From positions 1-32,870 of the forward strand of contig RQSC01000626.1 in the NCBI GenBank assembly GCA_013416795.1: 32,870 nucleotides of DNA. Reading direction: 5' to 3'. The position numbers and the translations under genes are program-made. Shown piece after piece: positions 1 through 11,299 of this stretch (positions within the stretch are counted from its first letter, which is position 1; each line of letters begins with the position of its first letter). The DNA is from Prasinococcaceae sp. CCMP 1430 (Eukaryota; Plantae; Prasinodermophyta). The notes under the pieces are model-generated. The model was not told the origin of the DNA, made no database searches, and saw only the letters and a program-made list of their open reading frames with translations.

Positions 1-663
1 CGCCCCGCGTGCGGCGCGGCGCGCGTGGCGAGGCGCGCGCGGCGTGTGGCAACCCCGTCGCAGGCACCCCCTTTCGAGCCCGGGTGATGAACCCCAATCA
101 TCCGGATGATCCCGGGTAATCTTGCGGAACCCTAGCGAATAAAACCGGTCCACACCCTGGGTCGCAAGCGTGGCGCGTCAAACGCGAATCGAAAAAGAAA
201 AAGAAGAATCAGAAAAAGAAAAGAAAAAGAAAAAGGGGCAAAGCGGGCTGTGGAATTTCGGTACAGTACCTTTTGGGGGCGCGATTTAGATGCGTTCTGA
301 ACTGCGAGCACAGGCATTTCGGCAGCGGAAAAAAGCCGTGGCGGCCCGGCGGCGGCTGCGCTGCGTGCGCGGAGCGGCGGGGCGAGGGGAGGGGAGGGGG
401 GAGGGGGTGAGAGGTGCCACACCTGCGCCCGCCCGCGCCGATCCTTCCACCACCCCTTTACCCCGTCGCTCCTGCCGCGAATCTGCGTCAGCCGCGCACC
501 GCCGGTACCGTCGGCCAATAGCGCGCGTTGTCGTGGCCCCGCACGCTCTCGGGACCGCGCGTGCCGCCACCTACCCCCTCCCTCCTCCGTCTCCCGTTCC
601 ACGCTCCCGGCTCGGCCAGCGGCACGCCCGGGTGCCTGGCAGCGGCGGCGCCTGCGACGCGCG

Positions 664-1242
664 ATGAAGCTGCTCACGCACAACATGCTGCAGTGCCACG
701 TGAAGGGTGTGCGCAACGGCTACCCGCTGCGCATCGAGGCGCAGCAGGACGGCGGGCGGTTCGAGGTGGAGGTGCGCGAGGCCGAGTTCTCGGCGGACTT
801 CCTGCGGCACATCCTGCCGCGCCTCGACTGGGCAGCGCTGCTCGAGGCCGCCAAGGCCCTCGGTGAGGTCGCCGTGGGCCTGCCCGACGCGCCGCCAACG
901 GATGCGATGATGCACGACGACGCCTTCCTGCAGACCTTTCACAGGATCCTCCTCGAGGTCACTGTCGTGGAGGGGGAGCTGGTGTGCCCCGAGTCAGAGA
1001 GGCGCTTCGCGGTCAAGAACGCTGTGCCCAACATGCTGCTCCATGAGGTGAGGAGCTCATGCGCTCGCTCGCTCGCTCACTCGATCAAACTTGCCCACTC
1101 TGCCTTTCCGCCGTGCGCGCCTGCTTTCGCGCCTGGGCAGCAAAGAACGCCATGGAAGCGCCGCGCGTCTGCTATCCTCGCTGACACATGCACTGCTTCT
1201 GCTGCGCATCGCCGACGGCGCCATCGTCAGGACGAGGTGTAG
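664..1242 (+). CDS. TRM112: Methyltransferase activator Trm112; exons 664-1047 and 1231-1242
   Basis: MKLLTHNML start, CPES..F.V...VPNMLL motif; GT at 1048, GCTGAC at 1180, CAG at 1228-1230; splicing restores the typical LLHEDEV* end. Confidence 0.93.
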   Translation: MKLLTHNMLQCHVKGVRNGYPLRIEAQQDGGRFEVEVREAEFSADFLRHILPRLDWAALLEAAKALGEVAVGLPDAPPTDAMMHDDAFLQTFHRILLEVTVVEGELVCPESERRFAVKNAVPNMLLHEVRSSCARSLAHSIKLAHSAFPPCAPAFAPGQQRTPWKRRASAILADTCTASAAHRRRRHRQDEV

Positions 1243-1329
1243 GGCGGCCCGCCAGGCCGCACGCCTCTGTACGATCGATTGACATGTAATTTACGACAGT
1301 ATATGGTACCCGGCGCCCTCTGAGTGAAC

Positions 1330-2606
1330 CTACGTGGCGGAGCCGCCTGCGTCGCTTCCGCGCGCGGCCTTGCCGGCCTTGTCGATACCCAGGGCCGCGT
1401 TAGCGGCGGCAATCTTCTCCTTCTCTTTCGCGCGACGCTCTTTTTCTTTCTTCCTGGCAGCCTTTGCGTCGTTCTCCTTGATGGCTCGGTCGAAAGACGT
1501 GCAGAACGTGTGCAAGGTCTTCAGCACCTCCTCCGACTTTCCGGGGGTGCTCGACTCACCAAAGTACGAGCAGACGCCCTCCGCGGAGGCTTCCATCGCG
1601 CGGAGGTCACCTTTGAGCGCTGACACGCGCTCGGAAGCGTCGCGCACAAACGGTTCCAGGGCAGCGGCAAAGGCGCCGCCGTCGGCGGCGCACTCATCAC
1701 GCGTGGCATCAACCTCCTTGGCGAGCGAGGCGATCCCTCTGCGCACAGATCCATGCTGCACGCGGGAAGCCGGCGCTACCTCGCTGAGCGTCTCGGTGAA
1801 TCCAATGAGGTCCTTGCTCTTGCTCTGCACAGTTTTAGCCAAATAGTGCAAAAGGGTCGTGGACTTGTTGCTCGCCTTAGTGTCCACGAGCTTCGCGAGC
1901 GAGCTCAGCGTGAAGCCCTGGGCCGCCCCTTTCTTGGTGCCGCGATTGAGGATGTTGCCCAGCGCGAGGATGATCTCCAGGATACGCGTGAGCTCCTTGC
2001 TGTTGCGCACCTGCTCACAAGCGCGGCACACCAAGCTCATCTCGCCCGAGAGCTTATCGGCAGTGGCCGCGAGGTCGGCGCGCGTCCGCAGCGCAGCCAC
2101 TTTCACCACAGGGCGAGGGATGCTCAGCAGAGCAATGAAGAATTGATCGGCCTCGGACAGGGCGCGCACCGAGCCCTTGTACCGTTCCAGCGCTACCTTC
2201 TCGGAGGATGTCAGCGTGAGCTCACCGGTAAGATTGGCAAGCGTGTCGCCAGACAGAAAGTGCGTGTCCCCTCGGCCGATGGCGGCGGCAACCTCGTGCA
2301 TGGGTACGCCAACGCGCGCAAGGATGATGCCCACGTTACGCGCGCGCTTTATGTCGACGAGCGCGATCTTGCTAGGGGTGCCGGGCGCCTTACCACCCAT
2401 GGCAGGATGTGACGTGGTGGGCGTTCCTCGCGCCGTGAAGAGCGTCTCAAGCTCGCCGACGTCGAGATCCGCGCCGGCGCCGGCCTGCGCCTGGCCCCAC
2501 ACGGTGTTCTCGAGCTGGCTCTGTGGGATCGTGCTCCAGTGCAGTTGCCTCAAACGCTCGCTTGATTGCGACTTGCCATCCGGCGCGTGGCCCTTCCTGA
2601 GCACGC

Positions 2607-2637
<31 letters not shown>

Positions 2638-5600
2638 GACGCCACCGGGACCGACAGGCGCAGGCGGCGGGGGTGGTGGGGGCGGAGGGGGTGGGGGTGG
2701 GGCCCGCGTCGCAGGCTCTGAGGTTGGCGCAGTCCTTGAGACAGGTGCAGCCTCGCCGGCGGCATGCTCAGCGACGGCCCTCTTCAGCTCCGCGCTGAAC
2801 GCCCTGCGCCCGTGTTGGACGACCTTGGGGTGCTGTTTGGAAGTGATGGCGGCCTCCGCGGGCGAGCCTTCAGCCGGAGCGCCCGCGCCACTGGTATCCA
2901 CGCGACCGCCGACACCGGGAAGAGGCGGAGCATCCGCGAGCGACGCCAATGGGCTCGCTTTGGCCTCGGACGCAGTCGGTGGCAACGGTCCAGTCCCTTG
3001 GCGGTCGAGTGGCCGGGCCGGTGCGCTCGGTGCCGACTGAGACGCGTGGGATTCGTGTGGCTGGGAAGTCGGCTGCGAGCCTGAGATTGGGGGCCCACCA
3101 AGGTTTAGGCGTGGCACGGGAACTGCTGGCCGCTTGGATTGGACGGCGTTATCGGGGGGGCTGTCTGGGCGCGCGAGTGGCCCAGTCCTTGCCAGGCGAG
3201 TCGGCGAGCGAACGGGCGGCTCACGAACGGAGAGGTCAGATGTCGGGGACGGTGCGCGTTCAGGCTGCGAGGCGTCGTCAGTTTCCGTGTCATCAACCCA
3301 CGTGCCTTGACGGCGCGCCTGCGCCTTTGTACCCCGTGGCGGTCTCTCCTTCGCACTTCGAGGTCCGCTCATTTGCTGCCGCTGCATGGTCGTCCGGGCC
3401 AAATGAGCAGGGCTATCGTCATCTGACGACACGGACGAATCCGAGGTGCCTGCCAGGAGCTTGCCGACGTCCGCCCTGGGCGGAGTCTTAAGTGTGCCTT
3501 TGCTCCTCGACGGCCGCGACGGACTCCTCTGCCGCTCCGCGGTCGGCATCTGCTGCTGTTGCTGCTGCGGTTGCTGTGGCATGCCTGTCATGCCGGCCAC
3601 GTGGGCGAGCGAGACGCCTGGCATGCCGCCGGTCATTCCCATGGGCGAAGCACCTGTCATCATCGGTCCGGTTGCGAGACCAGCAGCTTCCATGCCAGAC
3701 GTGCCCATCGGAGACACGCCTGGGGAACCCATACTCATGCCCATGCCCACGCCCATGCCGGGCACATTGCCGGGCACATTGCCCGCCACACCCGTGGGTG
3801 TGGCGTTTCCCATCTGCATCTGTTGCATCTGCATCTGCATGGTTTGCATGTGCTGCATGTGCTGCATCTGCATCTGCTGCATCTGCTGCATTTGCATGCT
3901 TGCGGTGGCCGAGGCAGCCTGCGCAGCGGCTGCAGCGACCGCCTGCAGGGTGGCCGAGGCTGCGTCCATGGCGGGGGCGCCCATGCCAGACATAAGGCCC
4001 ATCGGTGGCGCCATCATACCCATCGCACCAAACTGCATGGTGGGCGAGATGCCGCCTCCCGCTGGGGCGCCTTGTGGACCAAATGGCGGCACTCCCCCAA
4101 GGGTATGCGCCCCGGGCGCGCTCCGAGCGTCGCTCCGGCGCCCTGCCGTCCGTCCTCGCGCGCTGCCAACGTCCGCATTGGCCCTCTTCGAGCCATCGAG
4201 ACCCTCGTAGCAGGTGTAGCCCTGATTGTTCTTGATGGTGTCGTCTGCACCAAGCGTGAGAAGATACTCGCCAAGTTCTCTATAGGCGTACCCGAAGGCG
4301 TAGTGGAGCGCCGTCTGGCCTGCGTTATTGCGCAGGTTGACCATGTGGTGCCGCGGCGGCGAGCGGGCGTAGTCGGTAAAGCGCAGCACAAGCTTGGCTA
4401 TCTTGCGGCTATTGTTTTGTGCAGAGATGTGAAGGAGCGTATTTCCTTGCGAATCGCGCACGTAGGGCGACGTGCCAGAGCGTATCAACTCCTCCACCTC
4501 TTTGTGTTTGCCATGCCGCACGCGGCTGAAAATCTCCGAGGCCTCGCGCGACGTGGCCGCACCGCGCGACGCCGATGTATCTCCACGACGACCTTGCATC
4601 GGCACGCGGTTTGGGCTCGCAGTATACTGAGGGCGGGCTGCTCTCCTCGATAGCTGCAAGGAAGCTCGAGATGGAGGTCCACCCTTGTCATCCAAGTCGC
4701 TCCCGCTGTCGCTGCTGCCCACGTCCTCCTTCAGCTCAACGATGCCTGCTGATGGGCGAGCGGGCGGGCCTGGCTGCTGTGGCTCGGTCGCTGCTCGTTG
4801 TGGTTGCAGCATTCTGGGCGGCGCCACTGTGACAGCCGTGTAGTGCCCTTCTTCCGATTGCACCTGAGGCTGCGGCCTCTCTTTCCACACCACCGGCGCT
4901 CCGCCGCGGCCGCCGCCTTGCGATCCTACGGCTGCTTTGTGGGGCGGCCCTTCGGCCTCGCTCTCGGTGTCGTCGAGCAGCGCTGCCGCCGCCGCGGGAA
5001 TCGGCGCCTGTAGTGGATTGAGCACACGGGTAGACTGCGGCGACTTCTGCGTCCTGCCATCCCCTCCGCCGCCGACCCTGGGTCGGTCGCCAGCCGTGCC
5101 ACCTGTCGCGATGGTCGGAGCGAGCGTTCCCTGGCTCAGCGCCGCCCCAACCACCACTCTGCGCGCGGAGTCTGTTTGCGCCACCGCCGGTGGCTCCTTT
5201 GCACGGCGCGTGAACTCTTGGAGCGCCGCGACCCAGTAGCAGTAGTCCGCAGGTGACTGCGCCTCGAGGTCGAGCGTGCGCTTGGCGAGCTGCAGCGAGA
5301 AACACAGGCGCGCGCTGCGAACGCTCTTTGCGTTCCTGCGAAATGCGTCCGTCTTCTGCCCCTGGAGCACCTCTCGCACGTCGCGGAATTTGAGCCCGGA
5401 GTCCATCTTCTTGCCCGGCCGCGGGTCGCCCCACTCAAGCGTGCGCCCGTCGGCGCTGACGCGGAACATCCGCTCGTGCGGGCGGCTGCTCGAGCGGAAC
5501 GCGTACTTCGTCAGCACCGAGCCTGCATGCGCGCACTTGATGGCGGCCTCGACGCTCACTGACGACACGTCGGGCGGCGGCTGCACAGGCGGCTGGCCAG

Positions 5601-5955
5601 GCCTGTGCCGTGGCGTGATCTCGGGCGGAAAGAACGGGAGCGAGCCCGGCGCGCGAGGAGGGGGCGCCTCATGGAGCTGCTGCGCAGTCGCGAGCCCGCC
5701 GCGCCCGATGCCGGCGCCCGGCCCGGCGAGCCCGTTGATGGCTGGCTGCGCCCGCACGCCGTCTGCCGCGTCGCCAGTTGGGCCAGCGACGCCGCCCTCC
5801 GCCGCGCCCCCTCCCGCCGCATATTTCTGCCGCAACGACGAGCTGCCACGAGGTGTCTGCCACGCGCCCCCGGCGGCCTTCATCCCCGCGGCAGCCACCC
5901 CAGGCGCCGCGCCGGGAGGCCCGGCGCCGCGCCAAACGCCGGTCCGCGGCGCGCG
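1330..5955 (-). CDS. Formin with PH domain, ankyrin repeats, Met/Gln-rich linker, FH1 polyproline and FH2; 5' end runs into the gap or starts at ATG 5883
   Basis: FH2 motifs (LRQLHW, ALVDIKRARNVGIIL, ILALGNILNRG...GFTLSSLAKLVDTK, TTLLHYL); polyproline at about 2600-2700; ankyrin motifs (GNTLLHISA, GQTALHYA); PH-like segment (LTKY...RMFRVSADGRTLEW...RTLDLEA...W); no intron needed over 4.6 kb. Confidence 0.9.
2605..2700 (-). repeat. (CCG/CCA/CCC)n codon repeat encoding the formin FH1 polyproline
   Basis: GGC/GGT/GGG runs on the + strand translate as poly-Pro on the - strand just upstream of FH2. Confidence 0.9.
3795..3900 (-). repeat. Low-complexity Met/Gln repeat (MQMQQMQQMQMQHMQHMQTMQMQMQQMQM) in the formin
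   Basis: Degenerate (TGCATC/TGCTGCATC)n array on the + strand. Confidence 0.85.
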
Positions 5956-6329
5956 NNNNNNNNNNNNNNNNNNNNNNNNNNNNNNNNNNNNNNNNNNNNN
6001 NNNNNNNNNNNNNNNNNNNNNNNNNNNNNNNNNNNNNNNNNNNNNNNNNNNNNNNNNNNNNNNNNNNNNNNNNNNNNNNNNNNNNNNNNNNNNNNNNNNN
6101 NNNNNNNNNNNNNNNNNNNNNNNNNNNNNNNNNNNNNNNNNNNNNNNNNNNNNNNNNNNNNNNNNNNNNNNNNNNNNNNNNNNNNNNNNNNNNNNNNNNN
6201 NNNNNNNNNNNNNNNNNNNNNNNNNNNNNNNNNNNNNNNNNNNNNNNNNNNNNNNNNNNNNNNNNNNNNNNNNNNNNNNNNNNNNNNNNNNNNNNNNNNN
6301 NNNNNNNNNNNNNNNNNNNNNNNNNNNNN
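5956..6329. other. Assembly gap covering the divergent formin/SRAP promoter and the first SRAP exon
   Basis: Run of N flanked by CG-rich sequence. Confidence 0.97.
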
Positions 6330-6515
6330 CGGCCGACTCGGGGACCGGCGGCGGCTCCGGCGGCGGCGCGGTGCGGTGGGGTGCGTCGCTCCCGCGCGCC
6401 CGCGCCTCGCGCGTTGCATGCCTGCCTCGCTGACGCGCGGCGCGCTCTCTTCCCCTCGCCCGACTCGGACGCCGCCGCGCCTGCCGACGACGACCCCCTC
6501 GCCCAACGCACTCAG

Positions 6516-7420
6516 TGAACGAGGACGCGTACGCGCCGCGCCACAACGCGACGCCCGGCGCGCCGCTGGCCGTGCTGCGCTGCGCCGCCCCCTCCGACGA
6601 CGACGCCCCATCCTCCCCCCGAGCCCAACCACCCCCCCTCTTTTCCATAGAGACGATGCGCTGGGGCCTCGTGCCCGCCTTCACCCCCCCAACCTCCGCG
6701 CCCGACTTCTTCGCGCGCTTCAACGCGCGCTCGGAGAGCGCGCGAGACAAGGCGTCGTTCAGGCGGCTCGTGCCCGCGCGCCGCTGCGTGGCGCTGCTCG
6801 ACGGCTTCTACGAGTGGACGGCGCTCGGCACCCACTCAAAGTCCCAGAGCGCGGCGCTCGGAGCGCGATCGCCCCGGAGAACGAAGCAGCCGTGGCTCGT
6901 GCGGCCCAGCAGCGACGACGCCTCCTCCGCCGAGGGCGTCATGTACGTCGCCGGCCTCTGGGACGAGTGGGTGCCGAGCACCGACTCCGCGGGCGCCCGC
7001 GCGGACAAGAGGGCGCCCGTGCGCACGTTCACCATCCTCACGACGGCGCCCGCCGAGGGGCTCGCGTGGCTGCACGACCGGCAGCCCGTCGTCCTGCGCA
7101 GCGAGGCGGCCGCCAGGGAGTGGCTGCGGCGCGGCGACCGGCCCGACGTGTACGCCCGCCTGACGCGCGGCACCGCGGAGGGCCTCACCTACCACATGGT
7201 CAACCCGGCGATCGGCAAGGCCTCCGAGTGGCAGGGCCCCGAGGCCTGCGCGCCGTACACGCCGCCCAAGCCCAAGCGCGCGGGCGCCGACATCCGCGGC
7301 TTCTTCAGCGCGGCGCCGTCGCCCAAGCGGCGAGCGGGCGGCCGCGAGGCGCACGGCGATGCGCAGCAGCAGGAGGAGGAGGCGCCGCCGAAGCGCGCCA
7401 AGCTCGAGCGCGAGCACTGA
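6516..7420 (+). CDS. SRAP-domain abasic-site protein (HMCES/YedK family), 5'-partial
   Basis: YAPRHNATP, MRWGLVP, FNARSES, RRCVALLDGFYEW, AGLW, FTILTT, WLHDRQPVVL motifs; acceptor CAG ends at 6515 with GCTGAC at 6429; the catalytic N-terminal MCGR exon is not visible and is probably in the gap; C-terminal DIRGFF resembles a PIP-like box. Confidence 0.9.
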
Positions 7421-7597
7421 TGGTGGCGTTGTAGCAAAGTGTACAGTACGCCGCGAGCCGCACGCCCGTCCTCAGCGCGAGCTCCGCCTGGAGCGGCCGC
7501 ATGCGCGCGCCGTGTGCAGGTTGGGGTCAAACCCTACGTACTTCTTTTCGAACGCGTTTCGAAAAACCGGCGCGCGCGCGCGCGCGCTCGCGCGCGG

Positions 7598-9172
7598 GGC
7601 CACAGCGCCACGCGGGGGCGGAGCGCGCGAGGCCGCCGCCGCCGTCGCGCTGGGCGGCGGCAGGATGCTCGTCTTCGGAGGCGGCGCGGCAGCAGCCGGC
7701 GAGTCAGGAGGCGAGGCCGAGGCCGTCCAGCTGGACGACCTGTGGGTGCTGCATGTCGCTGATGGACGGTGGGAGCGGCGGACGGCCACCGGGGACGCGC
7801 CGTCCGCGCGCGCAGCCGCGGCGGTTGCGGTTGCAGGCGACAGCGTCGTGCTCTTCGGAGGCTGTTCCGCCGCGGAGGGGTACCTCGCCGACACCTACGT
7901 CCTAGACACCAAGATATGGCGCTGGGAGCGGGTGCGGGTGCGTGCAGCTACGCCGTCGCGCTCGCGCTCGTGCCTGCGGCGTTGTGCGTGCGTGTGTGTG
8001 TCTGCGTGCGTTGGCGCGTGCGCGTGACGGGGCTAACTGGTTCAGCCGCTTCTCCTTTGTCCTGGTGCGCACAAGGCTGCGGACGGGGGATCGAACGCGC
8101 CCGCCGCGCGAGACAAGGCCGCGCTCGTGCCCAACGCGGGCGGCACGCACGTTGTGCTCCTTGGTGGCTTCGGCCCTCGCGAGGAGGAGGAAGAGGAGGC
8201 AGACGAGGAGGACGACCTTCCTCACGACGACGAGTGGGACGGGGACAGCGATGGCGAGGGGAATCAAGGGCCGAGCACGAGCTTCGGGTGGTTCGGCTTC
8301 GAGACGCTGCACATCTTCGACGTGCGCGAGCGCCGGTGGAAGGTCAAGGAGGCCGCAGGCGATCGCAGGCCCACGGCTCGCGCGGCTCACGCGGCATGTG
8401 CGGTCCGTGGAGGCACCGAGGTGCGTAGGCGCGTGCGCGGCTGCCGGGTTTCGCCGAGCTGACGCGTTAGCGGGGCGTGCGTGCGTGCGTGCGTGCGTCC
8501 GCGCGCGTCCCAACCGCAGCCGTGACCGCGCTCGCGCGCTCGCGCTCGGGAGAGAGTGCCCGCGCTCCGGGTGACAGGTCGGCGCGCTACGCTAACGCCC
8601 CCTCCCCCTTCTTGCACCACGATCACCCCGACCACCCACCCACCCACCCACCCGCAAACACTTGCTTACTCGCGTCCGGCTTGGCGCAGGCGGTGCTCTT
8701 CGGCGGTCGTGACGAGAGTGGGCGGCAAGGAGACTGCTGGTCGCTCTCCGGTCTAGAGCACATGACGAAGCTCGAGTGGACGCCACGGTGCGAGGGCAAG
8801 GCAGCTCCCGCGCCGCGCTCGTTCCACGCGGCCGCGGCTGTGCCAATGCCGGCGGCGAGCACGTCCGGCGCCGCCCCCGAGTCGGCAGTGTTCGTGCTTG
8901 GCGGGCTCGGGCGCGAGGGCGAGACCTTCAAAGGCCTCGACGTTCTGAGCACCGCCACGTGGGAGTGGAGGACCTGCGCGCCGCCCGAAGGCCCCTTCCC
9001 GGCCGATCGCGCGTCGTGTTCCGTCGCCGCGGTCGGCTCGCAGCTCGTCGCCTTCGGCGGATCGGTAGTTTTGGAGGAGGGCGCCAGCGCCAGCGCGGAG
9101 AGCTTCGCCGTGGACGTTGGCGCATCCGTGCAGGCCCTCGCCGCCGCGCCACCCGCCACCCAGGCGGCATAA
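7598..9172 (+). CDS. Kelch-repeat beta-propeller protein; introns about 7938-8075 and 8421-8689; start not resolved
   Basis: Repeated xLFGG...D.W.L.....W..P.AR units in three exons; GT-AG introns keep the frame; acidic insertion in exon 2. Confidence 0.85.
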
Positions 9173-9435
9173 TATGACCGGCGTGGCGTCCTTGACGCGG
9201 GCATCAGAGCTGCGCGCCGCGTGTAGAGCGCGCGGACGCACGCACGCGCACACGCGCGCGCGTCGGGTCGTTCGTGGAAGCCAGCAACAATTTCAGATTC
9301 GCGGACGCTTCTGCGCCGATGCCACGCAACTAGCAAGCACCGGGCGCGAGGAGCACCAGGTCGACTCCAGTCGGCCGCACGTCACGGCAGCGGCCGCCGC
9401 GGGGCGCCGCGCCGGCGCGCGCAGGCCGCGCGCCG

Positions 9436-10483
9436 CTACTTCTGACCCTCCTCCTGCAGCACCTCGACGAACTCGTCGATGAGGGAGTGCCACGCACCGT
9501 TTTCGTCGTAGTTGCTCAGGTCGGGATCGATCGTCTCAACGAAGTCCAGCAGCTGCGCCCACGCGTCTTTGGAGACCGCGCGCTTGTACTCGCCCTCGGC
9601 GAAGTCACACCAGCGCCCCGCCAGGGGCCACGAGTGGCTGCCAAAGAGGAGCCGCCACATAGCAACCGCCACTTCGCACTGCAGCACGCGCTGGCCCGGC
9701 TCATCCAGCGAGAAGCCGAAGGCGAACAAATACACTGCGCGCACGCGTGTGTACGGGCGCATGCGCGAACGTGTCACAGGCCCAGCGCACACGCGCGCGG
9801 TCGGGTGGAGGATGAAGAGGGGTCGGGATCGATGGGACGTTGTGGTCGGGGGCTGGGAGTCAGCATTTGCACGAGCGCCTGCGTGCCGCCCAGGCGAGCG
9901 AGGTGGCCACGCATGCGCGCCACATCGCCCCGGCATGGGCAGGCCGGTGGGCGACTCGTTGCTCGCTCGCTTTTCCGCGCCTCCCGCATCCTCCCAAGTC
10001 TCCCCCCGCTCACATCGTCCGCGCGCCCATACCTTTCCGGAAGACTGCTTGCCGCTGCAGCGAAGTGCGCATGTCTGGTAGCCGCTCCTTGAGCGCGGTA
10101 AGATTGGCAACGCCCATTGCCGCGAGGCCGCCGACGAATTCGTCGCGCGTAAACTCGCACATGGTCTTCGCGCCCATGTCGTGCGCCATCACCAGCACCG
10201 CAATGTCGCTCGGGTCGACCTCGAGGTCCTCACAAAGCGCGCCGACGCCCTCGGCGAGGATCTTGGTCGGCTCGTGTTCGGCCTTGTACTTGTCGAAGAG
10301 CCGCTCCAGTTCCTCTGTGTCGACCCTCGGCGCCGCGGCCTGTGAGGCGAAGATGGCGTCGAAGGCGCCCTCCACGCTCCAGCCGGCCGCCTCTAACGCG
10401 CGCAGCGCCGCCGCGTCGCCCGAGCCGGCGACCTGCGCCACCTGCGCGACCTTGTCGCGCTGCTGGCGCGACAGCCGCGGCAT
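9436..10483 (-). CDS. DCN1: DCN1-like cullin neddylation protein; exons 10483-10033 and 9734-9436 (249 aa)
   Basis: UBA-like N-terminus (A...L....WSVEGAFD), EGVGALCEDLEVDP, LVMAHDMGAKTMCEFTRDEF, C-terminal D.W..LLDF...DLSNYDENGAWHSLIDEFV. Confidence 0.93.
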
Positions 10484-10675
10484 CGCGCGCGGCCCGCAAA
10501 TTGATGAACTGGCCCGCTTCGCCGCCGGCGTCGGCGAGGTCGAGATCCGACGGTTTGATGTGCCGGCCGTCGGCCATGATCGCCGCGCGCTTAACCCGGT
10601 TTTCGAGCTCGCGCACATTGCCCGGCCAGCTCCACGCCTCGATCGCGGCGGCCGCCTCGGGCGAAAGGTCACGCA
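10484..10675 (-). other. Bacterial gene fragment: C-terminal part of a sigma-54-dependent activator AAA+ domain (NtrC family, PrsR-like)
   Basis: Translates as VRDLSPEAAAAIEAWSWPGNVRELENRVKRAAIMADGRHIKPSDLDL...INLRAARDAA; WPGNVREL.N is the sigma-54 activator signature; no Walker A or GAFTGA motif, so it is a fragment. Confidence 0.88.
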
Positions 10676-10701
10676 CCCCCCCCCCCCCCCCCCCCCCCCC
10701 C
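10676..10701. repeat. Poly-C tract (about 26 nt) at the distal edge of the bacterial fragment
   Basis: Direct reading. Confidence 0.9.
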
Positions 10702-11299
10702 TTTGCGACGCCCAGCGGCGAGGGAGGGTGCACACGCGCCAAGTCCGAAGTGAGGAAGAGGAGAGAGGGGAGGTGGGTGAAGGGGGCAGGTCCTGTGGCA
10801 CCACCGCCTGTGGCACCGCGCCCCCCATGCACCCCCTGCGGCTGCCTCGGGTCACCGCCCACGACGACTTCCCATCACCATCACACCGCGGTGCAACGCG
10901 ACGTCCAAGGTCAAAACGCACGCGCTCCGGTCTCCTCGGGCCCTCCGGAACAGACCGTGATCATCCGCGCAATCCCTCCCATCCCATCGGGGGAGATCCA
11001 CATTCAGACCGGGATGGATCGGGCAGACAGGGTTCGGCCGCCCCCGCCGCGGTTTCTATCCGCGCGCGCGACGGGTGCGATCCGGCGGATTCTCGGCGCT
11101 GCGGGCGGCCTGGAACCTAAACCTCCCTCGCGGAGCGCGGAGGCGGGCTTTCCATGTCAAGAAACAAGCCAGAGGATGGATTTTAGGACCCTACTTTTAA
11201 CCGTAATTCCAGGCTTCGGTGCGCACCGCGCCCCCCGCGCGTGCGGGCGGGGGGCGAGCTCGTGGGGGTGGGGGTGGTGGGGGGTCGTCGTCAGAGGCC

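Noticed and set aside
84-120. Box C/D snoRNA suggested by GTGATGA at 84-90 (and ATGATG near 21285)
   Set aside because: No convincing D box with terminal stem or rRNA-complementary guide could be identified
1330-6750. 1806-aa ORF and other ORFs that run through N gaps (5276, 5605, 5669, 5778, 5880, 22054, 22158, 23647, 24649)
   Set aside because: Continuity is an artefact of translating N as X; the two sides of each gap belong to different genes or introns
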